Assembly (NCBI GenBank): GCA_964412585.1
Contig: CAYPPJ010000002.1
Location: forward strand, 77,720-141,719
DNA: 64,000 nt
Reading direction: 5' to 3'
DNA from: an uncultured Candidatus Saccharibacteria bacterium
GTDB lineage: Bacteria > Patescibacteriota > Minisyncoccia > Phycocordibacterales > PALSA-1337
Shown here: piece after piece, positions 39,964-49,685 of the stretch
Layout of the letters: every line of letters begins with the position of its first letter
How positions within the stretch are numbered: position 1 is the stretch's first letter
Translations under genes and position numbers: made by a program
Notes under the pieces: model-generated
What the model saw: only the letters and a program-made list of their open reading frames with translations
The model's database searches: none
What the model was told of the DNA's origin: nothing

Positions 39964-40022
39964 ATTCATATTATATAACAAAAAACGGCACCTAAAGTGC
40001 CGCATGGTACAGCCAGCACTTT

Positions 40023-40460
40023 TCAGTGTCTAGCTTTTTCTTTGAAGTAAATTGTTTTCAGCACTCTCCTAATCTGTCCTTCGCTGCTATTGCGGAACAT
40101 GACGATTGTGTACACGCCATGATCATTTGGTGTACCGAGAGGTCTTTCAAGGAATTGTGTGGAACTTTTTACATCGATCAGTATCGAAAATTCAGCTTTA
40201 CGGCCTCCTGAGTACATGGCGCAAACACGGAGGCGAAAGTCGAAGCCGTTGAGGATATCTTCGTGGCTTGTTGCTCTAGAAATACTTTGAAGCCACGGCG
40301 TGTTTCCTAACAAGATCATGGATGATACTATGCTTTCAAACCTTTTTTCAGATTCATCACCCCTGTGCTGTGACGGATCAGGTATATCCTGTCCGCTAAT
40401 GTACCAACTTCGAACGCGGTTGATGTGTTCGAGATATCTAGCGCGAGACCTGTGTGACAT
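40023..40460 (-). CDS. Hypothetical protein, possible PD-(D/E)XK nuclease fold
   Basis: E...EDILNGFDF...LIDVKSS pattern. Confidence 0.5.
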   Translation of the reverse strand: MSHRSRARYLEHINRVRSWYISGQDIPDPSQHRGDESEKRFESIVSSMILLGNTPWLQSISRATSHEDILNGFDFRLRVCAMYSGGRKAEFSILIDVKSSTQFLERPLGTPNDHGVYTIVMFRNSSEGQIRRVLKTIYFKEKARH

Positions 40461-40589
40461 AGGCGCCCTTTCTTCCTGCCACGGCTTGTCAGACGTTGAC
40501 TAGCTATCACGTGTCAGTCTGGTCAATAGACTAGTACATAATCATGCATTTGTCGATTTTAGTAAGCCGTATCTGATATACTTCGATTC

Positions 40590-42353
40590 ATGCCCTACAC
40601 TATCCGCCGCCCACTCACTCTCGATGAACGCAACCGCATTGGCGGAGCATCTGATATCGTGGCTCATCTCCTCTTTCATCGTGGTATTACCGAGGCGGAA
40701 ACGGCTGGCAGGTTCCTTCTGCCTGACTATGATAACCATGTTCACGACCCCTTTCTCCTCAAAGACGCCGAGAAGGCAGCGGAAAGGATTATTTCTGCTA
40801 TCCAGAACAATGAACGCATTGCGGTCTATTCCGACTATGACGCTGATGGTATTCCAGCGGCCGTGGTCTACAATGATTTTTTTGCGCGTATTGGCTATAC
40901 CAATTTTTCTATATATATTCCACATCGCCACAATGAAGGGTTTGGCGTGAATGTGGAGGCCGTCGAACAGCTGGCGAGAGAGGGGGTGAAGTTGATGATT
41001 ACTCTCGATTGTGGCATTTCTGATGTTGAGCCGGTTAGGCGCGCCGTCGAATTGGGCATTGATGTCATTATCACCGACCATCATGAGCCGCCCGCTATTC
41101 TCCCGAGTGCGTTCGCTATAATCGATCACAAACAGCTAGATTGCGCCTATCCAGATAAAAATCTGTGCGGATCGGGAGTTGGATTCAAGTTGATTCAGGC
41201 CATTATAAAGAAGGGTAACGAGTTGAAGGGCGAATTTCTCACAGCAATCCAGAAGGCCGGTTTCAAAGATGGTCATGAAAAATGGTCACTCGACATGGTT
41301 GGTATTGCCACTCTTTCTGACATGGTTCCGCTCACTGGAGAAAATCGTATTTTTGCACGATATGGGTTGTCTGTTTTGCGAAAAAGTCCACGTAAAGGTC
41401 TGACACGTCTCTTGGCGAAGTTGAAAATGTCACAACCGCATCTAACTGAAGATGATATTGCGTTCATGATTACGCCGCGCATCAATGCCGCGTCCAGGAT
41501 GGGAGTACCGATGGATGCTTTTAAGTTGCTCGCGGCTGACAATGATCAGGATGCAGAAACATACGCGACTCATCTTGATGAGATAAATAATGAACGAAAG
41601 GGGATTGTGGCGGTGCTCGTCAAAGAGATCAAAAAGAAGGTGCGCGAACGATATGGAGAAACGATTCCTTCGGCGATTGTTCTTGGTAATCCGGATTGGA
41701 AGCCATCATTACTTGGTTTGGTTGCCAATTCGTGTGCCGAAGAATTTGATCGTCCTGTATTCCTTTGGGGTCGCGATGGTGACGATATTATCAAGGGTTC
41801 ATGCCGTTCTGAAGGAAAAAGTAATGTGGTTGAGATAATGCGCGGTATTCCCGCAGAAATATTTCTCCAGTTTGGAGGGCACAAACATTCAGGTGGGTTT
41901 GCGGTATCAAATGAACACGTCCATTTCTTGGAAAAGGAACTCATTGACGCACAAGACGCTATTCAAAAAGGAAAAATTAAAGTAGAAACGGAACCAGATT
42001 TTATTGATGCAGAACTCAAGCTCGATGATATTACCTGGAGATTGCAAGAAGATCTTGATCGCATGTCACCCTTTGGCATGGGTAATCCAAAACCATTATT
42101 CATATTCAAAAAAGTGCGCGCCTCGGATGTGCGCTTGTTCGGTAAGACCAAAGATCATATTGAGCTCGTATTTAAGAAAAATAGTGGGTCACCCGTTTCG
42201 GCTATCGCATTCTTTGCGGGACAGAATGAATGGGCGCAAAAACTACTCGCTGATAAAAATAAAGAAGTTGATCTGGTCGCCTCGATTGAGAAGTCGATGT
42301 TTCGGGGGAGGAAGGAGTTGAGATTGAGGGTGGAGGAGGTTCTTATGAAATAA
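40590..42353 (+). CDS. recJ: ssDNA exonuclease RecJ
   Basis: DYDADG, TLDCG, TDHH, PRINAASR, FGGH. Confidence 0.96.
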   Translation: MPYTIRRPLTLDERNRIGGASDIVAHLLFHRGITEAETAGRFLLPDYDNHVHDPFLLKDAEKAAERIISAIQNNERIAVYSDYDADGIPAAVVYNDFFARIGYTNFSIYIPHRHNEGFGVNVEAVEQLAREGVKLMITLDCGISDVEPVRRAVELGIDVIITDHHEPPAILPSAFAIIDHKQLDCAYPDKNLCGSGVGFKLIQAIIKKGNELKGEFLTAIQKAGFKDGHEKWSLDMVGIATLSDMVPLTGENRIFARYGLSVLRKSPRKGLTRLLAKLKMSQPHLTEDDIAFMITPRINAASRMGVPMDAFKLLAADNDQDAETYATHLDEINNERKGIVAVLVKEIKKKVRERYGETIPSAIVLGNPDWKPSLLGLVANSCAEEFDRPVFLWGRDGDDIIKGSCRSEGKSNVVEIMRGIPAEIFLQFGGHKHSGGFAVSNEHVHFLEKELIDAQDAIQKGKIKVETEPDFIDAELKLDDITWRLQEDLDRMSPFGMGNPKPLFIFKKVRASDVRLFGKTKDHIELVFKKNSGSPVSAIAFFAGQNEWAQKLLADKNKEVDLVASIEKSMFRGRKELRLRVEEVLMK

Positions 42354-42409
42354 AAAAACATGCGTCACTTGTGATGACGCAGTTTGTGTAAGGTTAGAAA
42401 CGGTGGGCC

Positions 42410-43557
<1,148 letters not shown>

Positions 43558-43611
43558 CCCCATATTTGCAGACCTGCTTTGCCTGGTTTAGAAATTTGAA
43601 CACGCAAAGAC

Positions 43612-43654
43612 ATCTTCAGCGAATCTTTATCATTTCTTCAGCGTTTCTTCAGTT
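43612..43654 (+). repeat. 43-bp direct repeat, copy 1 (upstream of comEC membrane domain)
   Basis: atcttcagcgaatctttatcatttcttcagcgtttcttcagtt, identical to 45700-45742. Confidence 0.95.
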
Positions 43655-43676
43655 GATTTAGCTACACTGCCTCCCT

Positions 43677-45077
43677 ATGAACAAGGGGGTCATCGTTTTT
43701 TGGATGTTGCTGATCGGATGCGCTGTGACGCGTGTGATTTTTTCATTGGATCAAGACCCGCTACACATCGGTGCATGTGAGAAACAATTCGTAACTGGTC
43801 TCGGGACCACCACTGCCGATCCTGAACGTAAAGAGGGTGGGCAAGTCATGATTGTATCGGTGCAGGAGTTATTTGTGGCGACTACTACCGCAGACAGAAC
43901 TGTTCACTCTCTTGGCGATTCGTGCGGTTCTCACATTTTAATCCGACTCAAAACAAAACTGTATCCACGTTTTTCTTACAATGACACTATTACGTTTTCA
44001 GGAAAAATTTCTAAACCGTTTAACTTCAAGAGTGAAACGGGTAGGGCTTTTGATTATGTTGGCTATTTAGCAAAAGACGACGTGTTTTATGAAATAAAAA
44101 GTGCCGTGGTCACGTCAGTGCCGGCAGATGAGCCCAAGAAATTATCTTATGGAGGAATTTCTGGCATTCTTTTTTATATGAAGCGTCGGTTTGTCTCACA
44201 TCTTGAACATATTCTTGGTGAACCCCACGCCGCACTTGCCGCTGGCCTTGTTGTCGGCGAAAAAAGCGCCTTAGGAAAAGATTTGCTGAATGATTTTCGC
44301 ATTGTCGGACTGATCCACATTGTTGTTCTTTCAGGTTTTAACATCACTATCGTTGGGGATGCGATGAGAAAATTACTTTCATTTGTGCCACGCGTATGGG
44401 GAATTGTGGTTGGTGGCATCGGTATTGCATTGTTTGGTGTGATGGTTGGCGGGGGAGCGACAGTGGTTCGTTCTTGCTTCATGGCCGGTATTGCGTTATC
44501 CGCTGATCTTATTCGTCGCGACTATCAGGTCACTCGCGCGCTTATCTTTGCGGGTCTTTTGATGCTGATACAAAATCCAATGATTTTGCTCCATGATCCA
44601 TCGTTTCAGCTCTCATTTTTGGCTACACTTGGACTTATTTTGCTCGCCACCCCTATTGAAAAACGCCTGACCAAGATTCCGGAAAAGTTTGGTATGCGCG
44701 GGATTGTGGCGGCGACTATTGCCACGCAGATTTTTGTTTCGCCGTACATTCTCTATATGATGGGAAGTATTTCTATCATTGGGATGGTTGTGAACATTCT
44801 AGTCCTGCCGGTCATTCCAATAACAATGCTCATAGTATTCCTGACTGGCGCTGCGGGATTTATTTCACTCGATATTTCACAAATATTCGGATGGATCGCG
44901 CACTTATTACTCACCTATGAGCTACACATGGTCGAGTGGTTCGCCCGCATTCCGTTTGCATCAGTAACCCTACCAATGTTTTCGGGCTGGTGGGTGGTGG
45001 GATTTTACGTGGTCTTCTTCGGTGTATTCATATTCTTCAAGCGCGGACAAAAAAGGCGACCTAAGCCGCCTCTTTGA
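43677..45077 (+). CDS. comEC: ComEC/Rec2 competence membrane domain
   Basis: GLIHIVVLSGFNI, VVRS.FM, NPMILLHDPSFQLSFLA. Confidence 0.92.
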   Translation: MNKGVIVFWMLLIGCAVTRVIFSLDQDPLHIGACEKQFVTGLGTTTADPERKEGGQVMIVSVQELFVATTTADRTVHSLGDSCGSHILIRLKTKLYPRFSYNDTITFSGKISKPFNFKSETGRAFDYVGYLAKDDVFYEIKSAVVTSVPADEPKKLSYGGISGILFYMKRRFVSHLEHILGEPHAALAAGLVVGEKSALGKDLLNDFRIVGLIHIVVLSGFNITIVGDAMRKLLSFVPRVWGIVVGGIGIALFGVMVGGGATVVRSCFMAGIALSADLIRRDYQVTRALIFAGLLMLIQNPMILLHDPSFQLSFLATLGLILLATPIEKRLTKIPEKFGMRGIVAATIATQIFVSPYILYMMGSISIIGMVVNILVLPVIPITMLIVFLTGAAGFISLDISQIFGWIAHLLLTYELHMVEWFARIPFASVTLPMFSGWWVVGFYVVFFGVFIFFKRGQKRRPKPPL

Positions 45078-45093
45078 TCTGATGCAGCCAATA

Positions 45094-45675
45094 CTACTGA
45101 GCTTTCTCAAAATTCTCCTCAATTACACCCCAGTTGAGATTCTTAAAGAAATCCTCGACGTAGTTTTTCTTGCCTGATGGCTGATAGTCAGCAACAAAGG
45201 AGTGTTCCCACATATCAAGGGCAATGATTGGACTGACGCCAGTCAAATGACCGAAATGTTGTTCATCAACCCAGTACTGAATGAGGGTATCGGTATTTTT
45301 GTCGTACCCAAGCATCGCCCATCCGACACCGCGAGTTGTTGCAAGATTTTTGAAAATGGTCATGAATGTTTCGAAGGATCCGGTCCATTCGACTATTTTC
45401 TTATAGAGTGCCGAGCTCGTGGAGATATCCTGTGGCCCACCTTCAAAAGCACTGAAATAGTATTCGTGGTTGCGCATACCATCAAACTCGAATGCCTGGC
45501 GACGATAGGTCTCACGGCGCGCATATTCAGGGATCGTTTGGTTCTCGACGACCTCGTGGACGAGGTTGAAATGCTTTACATAGCCCTCGTAGAGTTTGAG
45601 GTGCTCTTCGATGGTTTTTTCTGAAATACCAATAAGTTTTGGAATCTTGAATGTTTGTGGGGTGAATGTTTTCAT
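45094..45675 (-). CDS. sod: Fe/Mn superoxide dismutase family
   Basis: EEHLKLY.GYV, NHEYYF, LDMWEH. Confidence 0.9.
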   Translation of the reverse strand: MKTFTPQTFKIPKLIGISEKTIEEHLKLYEGYVKHFNLVHEVVENQTIPEYARRETYRRQAFEFDGMRNHEYYFSAFEGGPQDISTSSALYKKIVEWTGSFETFMTIFKNLATTRGVGWAMLGYDKNTDTLIQYWVDEQHFGHLTGVSPIIALDMWEHSFVADYQPSGKKNYVEDFFKNLNWGVIEENFEKAQ

Positions 45676-45699
45676 GAAGGAATTGTACAACAGAATAGA

Positions 45700-45742
45700 A
45701 TCTTCAGCGAATCTTTATCATTTCTTCAGCGTTTCTTCAGTT
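45700..45742 (+). repeat. 43-bp direct repeat, copy 2 (upstream of MBL-fold gene)
   Basis: Identical to 43612-43654. Confidence 0.95.
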
Positions 45743-45762
45743 TCATTTGATATGGTTTTGAC

Positions 45763-46704
45763 ATGACCACATCAGCACCTATTTTTGTGAAGCCACTCCT
45801 CATTGGGGTAGCGATTACAGCGCTTTGTACTGGCGTCAGCTTGTACGTGTGGCGCGAACAGCATCGCAAGCCAGTGCTCGAGGTGTATGTATTTGCACTG
45901 AAAAGCGGCCGATCGATGTTCATTCGTACTCCCGATGATTACCGTGTTCTCATAGATGGCGGTGCTAATGCTGATATTGTGCGCCAGATTACGCAGATTG
46001 TGCCATTTTATTCACGTCGTATCGACGCAATCATTGCTACCAACACAGATGGCAAGAATGTGTCGGGCCTTATTGATGTTGTTAGTCGTTATGATGTCGG
46101 TCGGACCTATATCCCGCGGCTGACTCTTGAAAATCTAGGGATTGCGACTTCAACTGACGAAATTTACGAGACATTCATCGAAACTCTTGCCGATAAAAAG
46201 ATAGAAACGAGTGAGATTGTAGCGGGGGACACACTTCATCTAGGTGAAGAAGTTATGTTGCACGCTCTGTTTCCGCCACCCGCACATGCGTTTGAATATT
46301 CCAAAGCCAGTGCGCCGGAAATTCTTTTTACTCTCTCATATAGGTCAGCTTCACTGACGTTCATGGGTGATGCGAGCAAGAAAGTACAAAAATACATTAC
46401 CTCATCGAGCAGTGAGATTATCGCCGACTCGGATGTCCTCGTCGTCTCACACGCGGCGGCGTCCGCACATATGTCGACCGAATTGATGGACATTCTACGA
46501 CCCGAGAGTCTCATATATGAAAAAGCAGTATCAAAATCTACCACACAATCCTCGAAGACTTCTTCGAAGAAAAATAAAGTAGTTGATCCGTTGGCAACAG
46601 TTCTTAACGGGAACCGATTTAATCTGAAGGAGATGGGGACTACTCTCATTACTTCAAACGGGGAAGATGTAGAAATTAAAAAAGCCGGCAGTGCCGGATT
46701 TTAA
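45763..46704 (+). CDS. ComEC-type metallo-beta-lactamase-fold protein with degenerate active site
   Basis: N-terminal TM helix, VLIDGG, PFYSRRIDAIIATNTDGKNVSGL (HxHxDH replaced), FMGDA. Confidence 0.75.
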   Translation: MTTSAPIFVKPLLIGVAITALCTGVSLYVWREQHRKPVLEVYVFALKSGRSMFIRTPDDYRVLIDGGANADIVRQITQIVPFYSRRIDAIIATNTDGKNVSGLIDVVSRYDVGRTYIPRLTLENLGIATSTDEIYETFIETLADKKIETSEIVAGDTLHLGEEVMLHALFPPPAHAFEYSKASAPEILFTLSYRSASLTFMGDASKKVQKYITSSSSEIIADSDVLVVSHAAASAHMSTELMDILRPESLIYEKAVSKSTTQSSKTSSKKNKVVDPLATVLNGNRFNLKEMGTTLITSNGEDVEIKKAGSAGF

Positions 46705-46723
46705 GAGAGAAGGCTCTTGTGGG

Positions 46724-46969
46724 TTATTTGATCAACCCAGCTTTCTTGAGAGTCTGATAGGCGCCGTTCTTTTGGAGAGTGCGGAGGCCGCGAGTTGAGA
46801 CATTGATACGAATAGATTTCTTGAGTTCAGGGATGTAAATACTCTTTTTCTGAAGATTTGGGTAACGGCGAATCTTGCCACAGGGATTGAACTGCGTTGC
46901 ACGGGTAGCGTTCGAATATCGTCCTCCGACGACTGAACCGACTTTAGTTATTGCACAGATTTTTGCCAT
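46724..46969 (-). CDS. rpmB: 50S ribosomal protein L28
   Basis: MAKICAIT...RRYPNLQKK...VSTRGLRTL. Confidence 0.9.
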   Translation of the reverse strand: MAKICAITKVGSVVGGRYSNATRATQFNPCGKIRRYPNLQKKSIYIPELKKSIRINVSTRGLRTLQKNGAYQTLKKAGLIK

Positions 46970-47021
46970 AAAAGTAGTGAGACGATATGGTATCATAGGG
47001 TTTCAAAGAAATCAAGACATT

Positions 47022-47624
47022 ATGCTCACTATTCTTTCTATCGTAATCCTTATATTCTCAGTCATTGTACACGAAGTCGCTCATGGCTATATGGCTGACA
47101 AGCTGGGTGACCCAACCGCACGTTTGCAGGGGAGGCTTACTCTGAATCCGATCAAGCATATTGACCCGGTAGGTTCTATTATTGTCCCCCTGATCACCTC
47201 TATTGCCGGCTTCACGTTTGGCTGGGCAAAGCCAGTGCCGTACAATCCCTATAACTTGAAGAATAAGCGCAGTGGGGAATTCTTGATTGCTCTTGCTGGC
47301 CCCGCTTCCAACTTGATCATTGCTCTCATTTTTGGGCTTATTGTGCGTTTTACCCAAGAGGGAGTGATGACACCGTTTATAGAAATTGCACTCTACATTG
47401 TGCTTATCAATGTCACCTTGGCAGTTTTCAATCTTATCCCAATCCCACCACTTGATGGGTCCAAACTTCTTTTCTCGCTATTACCACAGCAATATGGCAG
47501 GACTCGCCGTACCTTGGAGATGTACGCTCCATTTCTTATCGTTATCTTCGTTTTCTTTTTGTGGCAATTGATATCACCAATAATATGGCCTATTTTCAAG
47601 GTTTTTACAGGGATTAGTTTGTAA
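47022..47624 (+). CDS. Site-2 protease (M50)
   Basis: HEVAH, GRLTLNP, AGPASN, FNLIPIPPLDG. Confidence 0.94.
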   Translation: MLTILSIVILIFSVIVHEVAHGYMADKLGDPTARLQGRLTLNPIKHIDPVGSIIVPLITSIAGFTFGWAKPVPYNPYNLKNKRSGEFLIALAGPASNLIIALIFGLIVRFTQEGVMTPFIEIALYIVLINVTLAVFNLIPIPPLDGSKLLFSLLPQQYGRTRRTLEMYAPFLIVIFVFFLWQLISPIIWPIFKVFTGISL

Positions 47625-47942
47625 GGTAAAACCCGTTGACTATCTTACCAGTTGTGGTATAATAGAGAGGCATTAGCACAATGCTTTTTTAAGTTTTTCG
47701 GGCGTATAAACTCCGCCCGGTTCCGGAGGGGGGAAGGCGCATGCATTCGCCGACCCCTCTCTTTTTTATTTGCATTTATTTGCCAAACCACATTTCCCAT
47801 GCTAAGGTAACCCCACTGTCTTCTAGGGAACTTCTTTGGAAGATCGGTACATTATTACGGCGAGAATGAGTAATCGATACACGCAGGCTTCGGCCACTCA
47901 AGTGTGTGTCGGTGAAGAATTCAGGATCGCCATTAAAGCACA

Positions 47943-48013
47943 AGAGATTAGTAACTAGTAATTAGAGGATGCATTTTTCTAATTACTCATTACTAATTAC
48001 TATTTACTAACTT
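47943..48013 (+). repeat. Heptamer-repeat hairpin upstream of rpsL
   Basis: TAGTAAY tandem arms in inverted orientation; 19-mer shared with 60983-61001 and 61267-61285. Confidence 0.85.
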
Positions 48014-48430
48014 ATGCCTACAATAAATCAGCTCACGAAGCGGAATCGTACTCGTTTCACCCGAAAGTCAAAGTCGGTTGCTCTTACGCGTACATTCAAC
48101 ACCATCAAGAACCACCCGGTTTTCTTTCCGGCTCCGTTCAAGCGCGGTGTATGTGTCAAAGTTACTACCAAGACCCCAAAGAAACCTAACTCAGCTATTC
48201 GCAAGATTGCTCGTGTTCGTCTTTCAAATGGCATGGAAGTCACTGCGTATATCCCTGGCGAAGGTCATAACCTCCAGGAACACTCAGTGGTTCTCCTGCG
48301 TGGTGGTCGCGTCAAGGACGTCGGTCTCCGCTATACAGTAGTCCGCGGTGTCTTGGATGCAGCAGGTGTCGAGAAGCGTCGCAAAGGTCGCAGCCAATAC
48401 GGAAACAAGAAGCCAAAGGCAGCTAAGTAG
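48014..48430 (+). CDS. rpsL: 30S ribosomal protein S12
   Basis: [28 protein letters not shown]. Confidence 0.98.
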   Translation: MPTINQLTKRNRTRFTRKSKSVALTRTFNTIKNHPVFFPAPFKRGVCVKVTTKTPKKPNSAIRKIARVRLSNGMEVTAYIPGEGHNLQEHSVVLLRGGRVKDVGLRYTVVRGVLDAAGVEKRRKGRSQYGNKKPKAAK

Positions 48431-48457
48431 CCCTTTCGTTCTTAATTTCAAACTACA

Positions 48458-48928
48458 ATGCGAAGAAAAATAAACATCAAAAGAGATTTGCGACCAGATA
48501 TGAACTACCAGTCACTCAAACTGGGCAAGTTTACTAACTACATTATGGAGTCTGGCAAGAAAAATATCGCTCGCGGTATTGTCGCTGACTGTATGACCAT
48601 GATCAAGGAAAAGATGAAGACAGAGACTCCTCTCGAAGTATTCGAGGCGGCGCTCAAGAACACCATGCCGCTCATGGAAGTCCGTTCTCGCCGTGTCGGT
48701 GGTGCAAACTACCAAGTTCCGCGCGAAGTTCGTCCAGAACGTCGCCAATCACTCTCAATGAAATGGATTGTTGAGGCTGCACGCGGCAAAAAGGGTAAGC
48801 CGATCGCAGAAAAGCTCGCTGACGAGATTATTGCTGCAAGCAAGAATGAAGGTGAGGCAATCAAGAAGCGTGAAAACATGCACAAGATGGCAGAAGCCAA
48901 CAAGGCGTTTGCTCACTTTGCGTGGTAA
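48458..48928 (+). CDS. rpsG: 30S ribosomal protein S7
   Basis: EVRSRRVGGANYQVP, HKMAEANKAFAHF. Confidence 0.98.
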   Translation: MRRKINIKRDLRPDMNYQSLKLGKFTNYIMESGKKNIARGIVADCMTMIKEKMKTETPLEVFEAALKNTMPLMEVRSRRVGGANYQVPREVRPERRQSLSMKWIVEAARGKKGKPIAEKLADEIIAASKNEGEAIKKRENMHKMAEANKAFAHFAW

Positions 48929-48954
48929 TAATCACTTTCCACAGGTTTTCTACG

Positions 48955-48983
48955 ATTTGAGGTGCCAAATTGGCACCTCAAAT
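48955..48983. promoter_or_regulatory. Perfect 29-bp palindrome upstream of the ORF6N gene
   Basis: atttgaggtgccaa-a-ttggcacctcaaat. Confidence 0.85.
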
Positions 48984-49009
48984 TTGTTTATAGGTGATAG
49001 CATTTGAGA

Positions 49010-49555
49010 ATGGTTGAAAAGAAATTGTCCGAAACAAGTTTGGTACTTCCTGTTACTCCAGAATTCATAGAAAGGAGGATATTTTTGGTGCGTGGCAAGA
49101 AGGTTATGCTGAGTCCGGATTTAGCCGAACTATACCAGGTCGAGCCGCGTGTCCTAATCCAAGCAGTTAAAAGGAATCAAAAGAGGTTTCCTGATGATTT
49201 TATGTTTCAATTGTCTGTAGAAGATGTCGATTCTTTGAAATCACAATTTGTGATTTCAAAATCTGGTCAAGGTGGTAGTCGTCACTTGCCCTACGCTTTC
49301 ACCGAGCTCGGTGTCGCTATGCTTTCATCGGTCCTCAAAAGCGACCGGGCCGTCCAGATGAACATCTACATCATGCGCGCATTCGTGAAGTTGCGCGAAA
49401 TGCTGGCTACCCACAAGGATTTAGCAGAAAAGATTGAGGCTTTGGAAAGGGAACAGAAGGAGCAAGGCAAGGATATTACGATTATTTCCAGAATGGTTAG
49501 TAAGTTACTGGCAGAGAAGGAAAAACTGAGGAGTGCGATAGGGTTTGAGGCGTGA
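49010..49555 (+). CDS. ORF6N-domain (KilA-N-like) DNA-binding protein
   Basis: RIFLVRGKKVML..DLAELYQVE...QAVKRN..RFPDDFMFQL...PYAFTELGVAMLSSVLKS.RAV. Confidence 0.92.
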   Translation: MVEKKLSETSLVLPVTPEFIERRIFLVRGKKVMLSPDLAELYQVEPRVLIQAVKRNQKRFPDDFMFQLSVEDVDSLKSQFVISKSGQGGSRHLPYAFTELGVAMLSSVLKSDRAVQMNIYIMRAFVKLREMLATHKDLAEKIEALEREQKEQGKDITIISRMVSKLLAEKEKLRSAIGFEA

Positions 49556-49685
49556 TGACTTTATTTGATTATTTCACCATTTTACTGTACATTACCTCTA
49601 CAAAAAGGCACACTATGCTTTTTAATTTTCACTAAATTTTGGTCCACTTTTATCAATTAACGGCCCAAATTATTAGCATTATTCT

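Noticed and set aside
43612-45742. 43-bp repeats as CRISPR repeats or att sites
   Set aside because: There are only two copies 2 kb apart, with no spacers, cas genes or integrase. Both sit at equivalent promoter positions.
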